A stretch of DNA of 64,000 nucleotides from Alphaproteobacteria bacterium (lineage in GTDB: Bacteria > Pseudomonadota > Alphaproteobacteria > UBA6615), in assembly GCA_965261975.1 (NCBI GenBank), contig CBDHEC010000010.1, forward strand, positions 1 through 64,000, in the 5' to 3' direction. Both the position numbers and the translations under genes were made by a program. The notes beneath the pieces were generated by a model. That model worked only from the letters and a program-made list of their open reading frames with translations. It was not told the origin of the DNA and ran no database searches. Shown piece after piece: positions 39,522 through 48,439 of the stretch (the stretch's first letter is position 1; every line of letters begins with the position of its first letter).

Positions 39522-40700
39522 ATGATGTTCGAATATTTCCCCGACAATTATCCATGGTCGATGGCCGCCGTTATGGCCATCAACGCCGGCGCCGTGCTGT
39601 CGGAAGTCGATGAGGCCCTGAAACCGCTCAAGCCCATGGCGGCGGCAAACGACGATGCCGCCAATGATGCCTGGCACAAACAGTGGATGATGCTCGGTGA
39701 ACGCAGCGAACGCCTCGCCGACGAGGACGACGCGGCCGGGCGCCGGATCAGCGCCAGCGCCAAGTATCTGCGCGCGGCGGTGTATTTCATGACCGCCGAG
39801 CGCATGTGCAAATCCGAAGCACCGATCCGGATCGAGACCTACAAACACATGCTCGACGTCTTCCGCAAAGGCGTGGAGCGCCAGGACGGGCCGGCCGAGT
39901 GGGTCGAGGTGCCCTATTCGCACAATGGCGAGGACACGACGCTACCCGCACTGTTCTATCCCGCCGACGCGGACGCCGTGACCGGTGACGGCCCGCCGCC
40001 CTGCATCATTCATTTCGACGGCCTGGATGTGATGAAGGAGTTTCTCTACCTGGCCGGGGTCGCACGCGCCTATGCCGCGCGCGGCATCTCGACCCTGCTG
40101 ATCGACCATCCCGGCGTCGGCGAGGCGTTGCGCCTGCGCGGCCTGAAGCTGTTTCCCGAAACCGAGGTGCCGGCCGGTGCCGCCATGGATTATCTCGAAA
40201 CGCGCGGCGACGTGGACTCGGACCGGGTCGGCATGGCCGGCATCAGCCTGGGCGGTTACTACGTGCCGCGCGCGGCGGGTTTCGAGCATCGCCTGAAATG
40301 CGCGATCGCCTGGGGGGCGATTAACGACTACGGCAAGATCACCCGCGGCCGCCTGGACGGAACCGGCACCAAATTGTCTGTTTCGCACTGGGAAGAGCAC
40401 ATGAACTGGGTGTTCGGCACCAACTCGGCCGAAGAGATTCTCGAAGTCGTGGATCGTATGAACCTCGCCGAAGCCGTCCCCAACATCGAGTGCCCGCTGC
40501 TGGTGGTGCATGGCGAAGGAGACCGGCAGATTCCGCTGGAAATGGCGCAAAAGACCATCCGCGAGGCCGTCAAAAGCCCACGGGCAGAGCTCAAGGTGTT
40601 CACCCCGGACGACGGCGGCATCGAGCATTGCCAGGTCGATCACGGTGCGCTGGCCGTTGAATATATGGCCGATTGGGCGGCCGACGTGCTGGGCTCGTGA
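39522..40700 (+). CDS. Alpha/beta hydrolase, 2,6-dihydroxypseudooxynicotine hydrolase-like
   Basis: DGLD..KE, DHPGVGE, GISLGG nucleophile elbow, D-RQ, EHCQ. Confidence 0.82.
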   Translation: MMFEYFPDNYPWSMAAVMAINAGAVLSEVDEALKPLKPMAAANDDAANDAWHKQWMMLGERSERLADEDDAAGRRISASAKYLRAAVYFMTAERMCKSEAPIRIETYKHMLDVFRKGVERQDGPAEWVEVPYSHNGEDTTLPALFYPADADAVTGDGPPPCIIHFDGLDVMKEFLYLAGVARAYAARGISTLLIDHPGVGEALRLRGLKLFPETEVPAGAAMDYLETRGDVDSDRVGMAGISLGGYYVPRAAGFEHRLKCAIAWGAINDYGKITRGRLDGTGTKLSVSHWEEHMNWVFGTNSAEEILEVVDRMNLAEAVPNIECPLLVVHGEGDRQIPLEMAQKTIREAVKSPRAELKVFTPDDGGIEHCQVDHGALAVEYMADWAADVLGS

Positions 40701-40719
40701 AGGCGATGATTCAGAGCAA

Positions 40720-40748
40720 TTGACTCAATCAAACGCTTGATTGAATAT
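40720..40748 (+). promoter_or_regulatory. Sigma70-like promoter overlapped by a TetR operator palindrome
   Basis: TTGACT-N17-GAATAT with TCAATCAA-ACGC-TTGATTGA (40725-40744) spanning the spacer. Confidence 0.7.
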
Positions 40749-40788
40749 TCTTCCCGATCGTCCGGTCAACGGACGGCAGGGAGGAACA

Positions 40789-41493
40789 GTGACGGCACTT
40801 CCAATCGAAGATGCTGGTATTGCCCCGGGGCCAAGGGGCGAAGCCACGCGCCAACGGATACTCGACGCAGCCGAACGGTTGTTCTCCGAGCACGGTATCA
40901 ATGGTGTGTCCCTGCGCACGATCACGGCAGAGGCCGGCGCCAACTCAGCCGCCGCCAATTATCATTTTGGATCCAAGAAAGGCCTGCTCGACGCGGTGTT
41001 CGAGCGACATGCGACCGGCATGGCCGAGGAACGCGCGAAGCTGCTTGCGGATTGTCGCGATGCGCCGGGCCGCCCGCCGCTCATGGAGCAGATCATATCG
41101 GCGTTTCTCGAGCCGGGCATGCGCGGCGAACATGGTGGCGCGACCTTCGCGCGCCTGCGCGGACGCATGTTGGCGGAGAGCAGCGATCAGACCCGTGAGC
41201 TCTATGCGCTTCATTTGAATGATTCGACCGGGCGGTTCCTGGATGCGATCGGCGCGGCGCTGCCTGCTTTGCCGGCGCATGACCTGCACTGGCGCTTCCA
41301 CATGATGCTCGGCGCTATGGTCTACACCCTTGCAAATCCCGGCCGCATTCAAATTCTGACCGAGGGTGCGTGTGACCCCTCGGACCCCGATCAAGCATTG
41401 GACTATCTGGTCCCGATGCTCGCCCAAATATTCTCCGGCCCACCAATCGCAGATGCGGTGAATCCGGTGGAAATGCTGCGAACTGTCAACTAG
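40789..41493 (+). CDS. TetR-family regulator (PsrA-like)
   Basis: TRQRILDAAERLFSEHG..VSLR.I...AG...NYHFGSK; GTG start after GGAGG. Confidence 0.92.
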   Translation: MTALPIEDAGIAPGPRGEATRQRILDAAERLFSEHGINGVSLRTITAEAGANSAAANYHFGSKKGLLDAVFERHATGMAEERAKLLADCRDAPGRPPLMEQIISAFLEPGMRGEHGGATFARLRGRMLAESSDQTRELYALHLNDSTGRFLDAIGAALPALPAHDLHWRFHMMLGAMVYTLANPGRIQILTEGACDPSDPDQALDYLVPMLAQIFSGPPIADAVNPVEMLRTVN

Positions 41494-41525
41494 CCCAAAC
41501 GATACGTCAGAAGGAAAACACGACG

Positions 41526-42509
41526 ATGGCAAACCCGAACAGCGATATGCGCGTCACCCACGATCTGCTCGAGGAATACGCACAGAAGTACAAGAACTGG
41601 GGAAAATGGGGAGATGATGACGAAATCGGAACGCTGAATCATACTTCCGAAGCAGACGTCGTCGGCGCCGCCCAACTCGTCAAGAAGGGCAAGGTCATGT
41701 CCATGGGCCTTAACTACGATCAGTACGGCCCACAGGGTGCCAAAACACCCTACCCCCAGATGGGCCGGTTCAACCCGATACACATGATGTTGCGCACGGG
41801 CACTGACGCCTATTCCGGCGTGCTCGATCATCGCGGCATTCGCGGCGCGGACGACATGGTGATGATGCCGCTCCAGTGCGGCACCCAGTGGGACGGCCTC
41901 GGCCATGTCTTCTACAAGGACTTCATGTGGAACGGCTATGACTGCCGCGAGGTCACGACGGCGGGTGCCCAGAAAGCCGGCATCGAGAAAACCAAGTCCC
42001 GAATGACCGGCCGCGGCGTATTCCTCGACATGGCACGGGTCAAGGGCGTCGAATGCCTGGAGGACGGCTACCCGATCACTTGCGACGACCTGGACGAAGC
42101 CTGCGAAAAGCAAGGCGTCGAGGTGCGCGAAGGCGACTTCGTGGTTCTGCGTACGGGAATGATGGAACGTTGCCTGGACGAGGGCAGCTGGGACGGATAC
42201 TGCGGTGGCGATGCGCCAGGCCTCGCGTTCGAGACCATCGACTGGATCTCGAAGAAAGGAATCGCCGCCTACGCGTCGGACACGTGGGGCAACGAAGTAC
42301 GCCCGTGTGAAACCGACGAGAACATCAATCAGCCCTGGCACTGGATCGTCATTCCGATCATGGGCCTAACCATGGGCGAGATTTTCTATCTCAAGGACAT
42401 CGCCGACGACTGCGAAGAGGACAAGGTCTACGAGTTCATGTTTGTTGCCCCCGCCCTGCCGATTACCGGTGCGGTGGGTTCGCCGGTCAATCCGCTGGCA
42501 ATTAAATAA
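41526..42509 (+). CDS. Cyclase family protein
   Basis: NWGKWG.DDEIGTLN, QCGTQWDGLGH, GAVGSPVNP. Confidence 0.92.
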   Translation: MANPNSDMRVTHDLLEEYAQKYKNWGKWGDDDEIGTLNHTSEADVVGAAQLVKKGKVMSMGLNYDQYGPQGAKTPYPQMGRFNPIHMMLRTGTDAYSGVLDHRGIRGADDMVMMPLQCGTQWDGLGHVFYKDFMWNGYDCREVTTAGAQKAGIEKTKSRMTGRGVFLDMARVKGVECLEDGYPITCDDLDEACEKQGVEVREGDFVVLRTGMMERCLDEGSWDGYCGGDAPGLAFETIDWISKKGIAAYASDTWGNEVRPCETDENINQPWHWIVIPIMGLTMGEIFYLKDIADDCEEDKVYEFMFVAPALPITGAVGSPVNPLAIK

Positions 42510-42606
42510 CGGGACGCAAGAGTAAATTTATCTGTCCCAAGTCCACCGTACCGGTAGGATGGTCTGCAACAACGGACCGGAAATGCAGGTCACGGATGTT
42601 TGTGAG

Positions 42607-42636
42607 GGTTGGCCTTGACCCGTTCCAGGGCCAACC
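42607..42636. other. Stem-loop in the dctP leader
   Basis: GGTTGGCCTTG-N8-CAGGGCCAACC. Confidence 0.4.
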
Positions 42637-42688
42637 GCAGAGTTAATCCAAGGACGGGGGAGCGCTCAACGTCTCTAGGGAGGATCAA

Positions 42689-43882
42689 ATGCGCAAAACA
42701 CTTCTAGCAACCACCAGCCTGGCTATGGGCATGGTACTGGCCATCGGATCGGCTGCCGCCGGCCCGGTCGGCGACACCGTCGAAGAATCCAAGGAAAACG
42801 CGAAAGTCGTCCTCGACTGGCTCGAGGGCGAAGCACCGAGCTACGGCACAAACAACGTGTCCTATGATGGCCCGGTCATCGAGTTCCGCTCGACCAGCCA
42901 CATTCCGGCCGTCGCGGGTCTGGCCAAGATGCAGATCAAGGGTTTCAACAACCTTGAGAAGATGTCGGGCGGCAAGATCAAGGTCTCGACCACCTGGTCC
43001 CAGTCGGTCCACGGCGTTCGCGAAGGCCGCAAGGCGGTCCGTACCGGTCTGTCCGATCAGGCACCTTGCTTCTCGCTCTACACGGCACGCGACTACAAAG
43101 TGGTTGGCGGACTGGGACTGCCGTTCCTGTTCAACAACTCGCATGAAGCCGTCGCCACGGCGGAGGCTCTCTATCCGAAATATCTGAAGGATGAGTTCGA
43201 GCGCTTCAAGGTCAAGATCATGCGCGAGGCGCATACCGGACCGTACCATCTGTACAACAACAAGCCGGTTCGCACGCTTGCCGACGTTCAGGGCATGAAG
43301 GTTCGTGCCGGTGGTGGTACGCACGCACAGATCATCGGTGCGCTGGGTGCGACCCAGGTGTCCATGCCAGGTGCTTCGGCCTACACGGCCGTGCAGCGTG
43401 GCACGCTCGACGCGATCCACTTCAACGACGCCGCGGCGCTGATCTTCAAGCTCCACGAAGTCTCGAAGTACCGCACGGAGAACGGCTTCAACGTGCTGAC
43501 GATCGAATACTGCATGTCCGCCGATTGGTTCGACGATCTGCCGGCTGACCTGCAGGTTGTCGTCAACAACTGGGGCCGCCAGATGGCGATCGCCGAGGCC
43601 GTCGCCTTCTACGATTATGGCGGTCTGGTCAACACCAAGAAGATGGAAGGTATGGGCCTCGAGTCCATCGACATGGGCCAAGCCGAGCTCGACAAGTGGA
43701 AAGCCGCCGTCGCGGGTGTCGAGGCAGCCTGGGTTGCGGATGCCGAGAAGAAGGGCGTTCCGGCCAAGGCCATGATGGCTGACATTCGCACCAATGCCGC
43801 GAAGTTTGCTGGCATGTCCATGAACGAGATCATGAATCAGGCGATTCACAATCCCGTCCAAGGCATGTACGACATGAAGTAA
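42689..43882 (+). CDS. dctP: TRAP transporter substrate-binding protein
   Basis: Signal peptide, SGGKIKV, LPFLF, QGMKVR, LGATQV.M...AYTAVQRG..DA, LPADLQ. Confidence 0.9.
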   Translation: MRKTLLATTSLAMGMVLAIGSAAAGPVGDTVEESKENAKVVLDWLEGEAPSYGTNNVSYDGPVIEFRSTSHIPAVAGLAKMQIKGFNNLEKMSGGKIKVSTTWSQSVHGVREGRKAVRTGLSDQAPCFSLYTARDYKVVGGLGLPFLFNNSHEAVATAEALYPKYLKDEFERFKVKIMREAHTGPYHLYNNKPVRTLADVQGMKVRAGGGTHAQIIGALGATQVSMPGASAYTAVQRGTLDAIHFNDAAALIFKLHEVSKYRTENGFNVLTIEYCMSADWFDDLPADLQVVVNNWGRQMAIAEAVAFYDYGGLVNTKKMEGMGLESIDMGQAELDKWKAAVAGVEAAWVADAEKKGVPAKAMMADIRTNAAKFAGMSMNEIMNQAIHNPVQGMYDMK

Positions 43883-43892
43883 CGGAGGTTTC

Positions 43893-43920
43893 GTCCGGCC
43901 GGCGCCCGCGCCGGCCGGAC
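43893..43920. terminator. Intercistronic stem-loop after dctP
   Basis: GTCCGGCCGGCGC-CC-GCGCCGGCCGGAC perfect inverted repeat. Confidence 0.6.
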
Positions 43921-43941
43921 ACCTTCTGAAAGGCTCCTACG

Positions 43942-44463
43942 ATGGATAAAGTCGAAAAAGCGTTCCTGTTCATTTCCAGAAATCTCGACAAACTCGGCGG
44001 GCTCATTGTCCTGCCCGCGATTTCACTGATCGTGATCATCGATGTGTTCAAACGCTATGCGCTGAACGATCCCTGGATCTGGAGCCTTGAGTTCAACGAG
44101 TGGATGCTGCTGCTGATTTTTGCGTTCGCCATTCCTGAGTGCACCCGCCAAAACGGCCATGTGCGCATGGAGCTGTTGATCTCCAATCTTCCCAAACGCA
44201 GCCAGGAGGCGATGGACGTCGTCTATATCCTGTGCGCGATTACCCTTTTCTATCTCCTGGGCCACCATGCCTGGGAAGAGTTCCTGTTCGACTATGAACT
44301 GGGGCGTATCACCGAATTCGTTCGCTTGCCCATCTGGGGCCACCATCTGGCGATCTTCGGCATGTGCGTCATCCTGATCATCTATTACGTGCTGAGGCTT
44401 GTCGCCACGATCTTCAATTTCGGAGAGTTTACGCGGACCGAATCCGTCGGGCTGGAGGAATAG
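43942..44463 (+). CDS. dctQ: TRAP small permease
   Basis: Four TM segments, DV..RY.LN.P..W..E, GHVRM. Confidence 0.9.
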   Translation: MDKVEKAFLFISRNLDKLGGLIVLPAISLIVIIDVFKRYALNDPWIWSLEFNEWMLLLIFAFAIPECTRQNGHVRMELLISNLPKRSQEAMDVVYILCAITLFYLLGHHAWEEFLFDYELGRITEFVRLPIWGHHLAIFGMCVILIIYYVLRLVATIFNFGEFTRTESVGLEE

Positions 44464-44466
44464 ACG

Positions 44467-45882
44467 ATGACCAGATCCATTAATTTCCCTGCGCTGAGCG
44501 TGCTCGTAGTCATCCTGCTCGCCGCCGCCCTCTTCAGCGCCACGGGTTCGCTTGAGACCCTCAAGTCGGTCGACAAGAGCGTCATCGGCCTGATTGCCTT
44601 CGGGGCCATGATGATTCTGATCGTGCTCGGCGTCCCCATCGGTTTCGCGATGCTGGCAACGGCCGTGGCCGGTTTCTTCGTCGTCGGGCGATCGAATTTC
44701 GCCGAAACACAGCTATCGATCACCTTCATCGAGCAGGGGACGAGCTTCGTATTCGTGGCGGTGCCCCTCTATTTCATGATGGGACAGCTCGTCCAGCGAA
44801 CGAATATCGCCTACGACCTCTATGAGTGCGTCTATCGCTGGCTGGGCCGCTTGCCCGGCGGCCTGGCGATCTCGTCGGTCGTCGCCTGTGGCGGTTTCGG
44901 TGCGGTGTCCGGCGGCAGTGTCACCGCGGTCGCGACCATGGCCCCGATGTGTATCCCGGCGATGCGTCGCTACAATTATGACGATTCACTGGCGACCGGC
45001 AGCGTGAGTGCCGCCGGCACGCTGGGCATCCTCATCCCGCCGAGCATCATCATGATCGGCTACGGCATCCTGACCGAAACCTCGATCGGCGCGCTGTTCA
45101 TCGCCGGCATCATTCCCGGCGTCCTGATGACCATCGGTTACTCGGCCACCATCGCGATCAAATGCATGATCAACCCTGAATTGGGACCGGTGGGCGAAAA
45201 ATACACCATGGGTGAGAAGATCCGGTCGTTAACGAAAGTGACGCCGATCTTCCTGACATTCATCATCGTGATCGGCGGCATCTACACCGGCATCTTCACG
45301 CCGACCGAGGCCGCCGGTGTCGGCGTGTTCGCGCTGATCGGCATCGCCCTGTTCATGCGGCGCCTGAATCTCACCAACTTCAAGGAATCCCTGCTCAAAT
45401 CCATGCACACCTCGGCGATGATCTTCGTGATCATCATCGGCGGTCACATGATGGGCAAATTCGTGGTTCTCACCGGCCTGACCACGGGCGTCGTGGACTG
45501 GATCACGGCGGCCCAGTTCTCGCCGCTGATGGTCATGTTGATGATCAGCCTGCTGTTCATCGTGCTCGGCATGGTGCTGGATGTCTGGGGCATGTTGATC
45601 CTGACCATCCCGTTCACGATGCCGATCATCCTGGACCTGGGCTACAGCCCGGTCTGGTACGGCGTCTATGCGGTGATCATGGCCGAGCTGGCGCTGATCA
45701 CACCGCCGGTCGGGATCAATGTCTATGTGATGGCGAAGATGGCACCCGACGTGCCGTTGATTAAGATTTTCAAGGGTGTCGCACCCTTCTTCATCTTCAC
45801 GCTGATCCTCGTCGCGCTGATCACCCTGTTCCCCGAGATCGTGCTGTTCCTGCCGCGCACCGCGGGCATGGGCGTCTTCTGA
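44467..45882 (+). CDS. dctM: TRAP large permease
   Basis: GVPIGFA, GTLGILIPPS, FTPTEAA, ITPPVG. Confidence 0.95.
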   Translation: MTRSINFPALSVLVVILLAAALFSATGSLETLKSVDKSVIGLIAFGAMMILIVLGVPIGFAMLATAVAGFFVVGRSNFAETQLSITFIEQGTSFVFVAVPLYFMMGQLVQRTNIAYDLYECVYRWLGRLPGGLAISSVVACGGFGAVSGGSVTAVATMAPMCIPAMRRYNYDDSLATGSVSAAGTLGILIPPSIIMIGYGILTETSIGALFIAGIIPGVLMTIGYSATIAIKCMINPELGPVGEKYTMGEKIRSLTKVTPIFLTFIIVIGGIYTGIFTPTEAAGVGVFALIGIALFMRRLNLTNFKESLLKSMHTSAMIFVIIIGGHMMGKFVVLTGLTTGVVDWITAAQFSPLMVMLMISLLFIVLGMVLDVWGMLILTIPFTMPIILDLGYSPVWYGVYAVIMAELALITPPVGINVYVMAKMAPDVPLIKIFKGVAPFFIFTLILVALITLFPEIVLFLPRTAGMGVF

Positions 45883-45910
45883 TCGGGTCGGGTTTAGGCG
45901 ACTTCAGAAA

Positions 45911-46513
45911 CTAGCGAAGCGCGCGGCGTTTCGGGTCCGGGGCAGCCTCCGGACCCGCATCTGCGTTTGCAGGAATCGGCGCCGTCAGTCTGGGCAACGG
46001 TGTCACTGTCGGTTCGGGTGCTGCCGAACCGCGCATATCATCCTCGACCGGAATCTGGCGGCGGCGGCGATCCGGGCCTGTGAACGATTTGGTCCGAACG
46101 AATGGACGCGGGTTGGCCAATAAACTGTTCAGCCGCGCGCCCACGCCCTTGACCGTCACCGGCTTGGCCAGAAATTCGGTCACACCGGCGTCACGTGCGG
46201 CCTCGACATGGTGCTTTTCCGAGTATCCGGTAATCATGAGAACCGGGATCCGCGTTGCCGGATGGGTCGGATCATCGCGCAGCATACGGGTGAATTCGAG
46301 ACCGTTGATCGGCTCCATCATCATGTCGGTGATGATAACGTCGGGAATCATCAGCTTGCTGTCATTCAGCGCCGTTACACCGTTGCTGGCTTCATGCACC
46401 TGGGCGACAGAAAGCGCCTCCAGAATGCTGCGCAGCAAGCGGCGCATATGATCGTTATCGTCAACGATCATCACCACGAGACCCGACATATCAGTGCCGT
46501 TCAGATTGGTCAC
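45911..46513 (-). CDS. CheY-like response regulator with Arg-rich C-terminal c-di-GMP motif (Cle-like)
   Basis: IVDD, ITD, AKP receiver motifs then RPFVRTKSFTGPDRRRR; GTG start after GGGGA assumed. Confidence 0.85.
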   Translation of the reverse strand: MTNLNGTDMSGLVVMIVDDNDHMRRLLRSILEALSVAQVHEASNGVTALNDSKLMIPDVIITDMMMEPINGLEFTRMLRDDPTHPATRIPVLMITGYSEKHHVEAARDAGVTEFLAKPVTVKGVGARLNSLLANPRPFVRTKSFTGPDRRRRQIPVEDDMRGSAAPEPTVTPLPRLTAPIPANADAGPEAAPDPKRRALR

Positions 46514-46692
46514 AAGCTTCCCCGGTATTTGAACTCTGGTATCTGGTGAACAGATGCGCGTAAAAATATCCAACTACCGCTAAACTAGTGGTTGTTTGGT
46601 TAACAAAAGCTTTCGGAACACAGATTGTGCCGCGCGCACCCAGCCCGGCCCAAAACGCCGTATCTCCGAAGCACCGATGGAAGGAAACAGAC

Positions 46693-47046
46693 ATGAGCGA
46701 CAGCGTCGACATCTATCACAACCCCCGTTGCAGCAAATCGCGGGCGACCCTGGAACTCCTGGAGTCGCGGGGAATTGAGGTTTCGGTCATCGAATATCTG
46801 AAAGAACCGCCGGACGATATCGAACTGCGCCAGTTGCTCGACCTGCTGGGCATGTCCGCACGCGAACTCCTGCGAACCGGCGAAGCGGCATACAAGGAAC
46901 TCAACCTCGCCGATCCATCGAAAACCGAAGACGAGATCATCGCGGCGATCCTCGAACACCCGATCCTGATGGAACGACCGATCGTGACGACAAACAGCAA
47001 GGCGCGCCTCGGCCGCCCGCCCGAAGCGGTCCTGGAAATTCTCTAG
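46693..47046 (+). CDS. arsC: Arsenate reductase (glutaredoxin-dependent)
   Basis: IYHNPRCSKSR, HPILMERPIV, GRPPE. Confidence 0.92.
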   Translation: MSDSVDIYHNPRCSKSRATLELLESRGIEVSVIEYLKEPPDDIELRQLLDLLGMSARELLRTGEAAYKELNLADPSKTEDEIIAAILEHPILMERPIVTTNSKARLGRPPEAVLEIL

Positions 47047-47053
47047 CCTTCCG

Positions 47054-48424
47054 GTGGCAACCCAGCGTCCGATCTCCTATGCGGCCGGGCCGGGGCATAC
47101 CCGGTCTTTCCGGGATTCTGCTCGGGCGTTCCGTGACGGGGCAGAGACGCCGCGCGACTATCTCGAACGATTTATCGATCGGATCGAGAGTGCCGAAGAT
47201 ACGGTTCGTGCCTTCGTTACTTTGACCATCGACAGTGCACGTGTGGCGGCGGACGCCGCCACACAGCGCTACCGAGACGGAAGCCCTTTGTCGGAAATCG
47301 ACGGACTGCCGCTGGGGCTCAAGGACATCATTCACACCGCCGATGTCCCTACCCAGGCCGGCAGCTCGATCTACGAGGGCTGGATTCCGGAACGCGATTC
47401 CCCGGTCACCGCCGCGCTGAAGCGCGCCGGCGCCACCATCGTCGGTAAAACGGCGACAACCGAGTTCGCGTATGGCGCCGTCACACCGGCCACCAATCCC
47501 TATGATCCCAAGCGCACACCCGGCACCTCATCCAGCGGCTCCGCCGCCGCGGTGGGCGACGGGATGCTGCCGGCGGCGATCGGCACTCAACTAATGTCCT
47601 CGGTCATGCGACCGGCGAGTTATTGTGCCCATGTGGGTGTGAAACCGACCTATGGCGCGATCCGCCAGGACGCGATCCATCCCTTCTCACCATCTGGCGA
47701 ACATGTCGGGGTCCATGCACATGCGCTGGAGGATGCCTGGCATATCCTGAAAATTCTGGCCACGGAGGCGGGGCCCGTCCCGGGCTCGCGCGGCCTCACC
47801 GGGCCGGCGGAGCTCCCCGCGAAACGTGCCCCCAAACGGCTGATGCGCATGTACACGCCCGGCTGGGAGTTAGCCGAGCCGGAAGTGCGCGCTGCCCTTG
47901 AGGACGCACTGGCCAGATTGTCGGATGCCGGCGTCGACATCGTCGAGCCCGGCAGTGCGCCCGCACTGCAGGCCGTCGAGGACGATTTCGCACGTGCCGA
48001 CGCGTGCATCGCCGAAGTTGCGGCCTTCGAGATGCGGTGGCCGTTTTTCGAGTATGAGCGTGAAGGACACCGGTTCCATGCGAGGATTGTGCGCCTGCTG
48101 GAACGCGCCCACGAGATCACGCTCGACGACTACAACGCCGCCCTCGACTGGAAGAACGCGTTCCGGGAGCGATACATGGCAAGCGCACAGGACATCGACG
48201 GGGTTATCGGCCTGACGGCCCCCGAAGTGGCACCGCTGGGGCTCGAGAATCTCGGCAATCCCCTTATGTGTTCGCCGGCGTCGTGCATGGGAGCCCCGGC
48301 GATTACGTTGCCCGCATTGTCTGCGGACGGGCTGCCGCTCGGCCTGCAACTGATTGGCTATCACAACGAGGATGCAGATCTCTTCGCGATGGCCAACTGG
48401 ATCGACGATGCCCTTTCGCGCTAG
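47054..48424 (+). CDS. Amidase family protein with atypical signature
   Basis: GLKD, GKTATTEFA, TPGTSSSGS, GTQLMSSVMRPAS. Confidence 0.88.
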   Translation: MATQRPISYAAGPGHTRSFRDSARAFRDGAETPRDYLERFIDRIESAEDTVRAFVTLTIDSARVAADAATQRYRDGSPLSEIDGLPLGLKDIIHTADVPTQAGSSIYEGWIPERDSPVTAALKRAGATIVGKTATTEFAYGAVTPATNPYDPKRTPGTSSSGSAAAVGDGMLPAAIGTQLMSSVMRPASYCAHVGVKPTYGAIRQDAIHPFSPSGEHVGVHAHALEDAWHILKILATEAGPVPGSRGLTGPAELPAKRAPKRLMRMYTPGWELAEPEVRAALEDALARLSDAGVDIVEPGSAPALQAVEDDFARADACIAEVAAFEMRWPFFEYEREGHRFHARIVRLLERAHEITLDDYNAALDWKNAFRERYMASAQDIDGVIGLTAPEVAPLGLENLGNPLMCSPASCMGAPAITLPALSADGLPLGLQLIGYHNEDADLFAMANWIDDALSR

Positions 48425-48439
48425 GTCGAGGTCCGGTCG

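Noticed and set aside
46585-46615. Full CtrA box upstream of the Cle-like gene
   Set aside because: Only a TTAAC half-site; no second half at 7-nt spacing
24935-47046. Arsenic or tellurite resistance island (LMW phosphatase, terB, arsC)
   Set aside because: The genes are scattered, with no arsR, acr3 or other ter genes; the LMW phosphatase is in its usual housekeeping position
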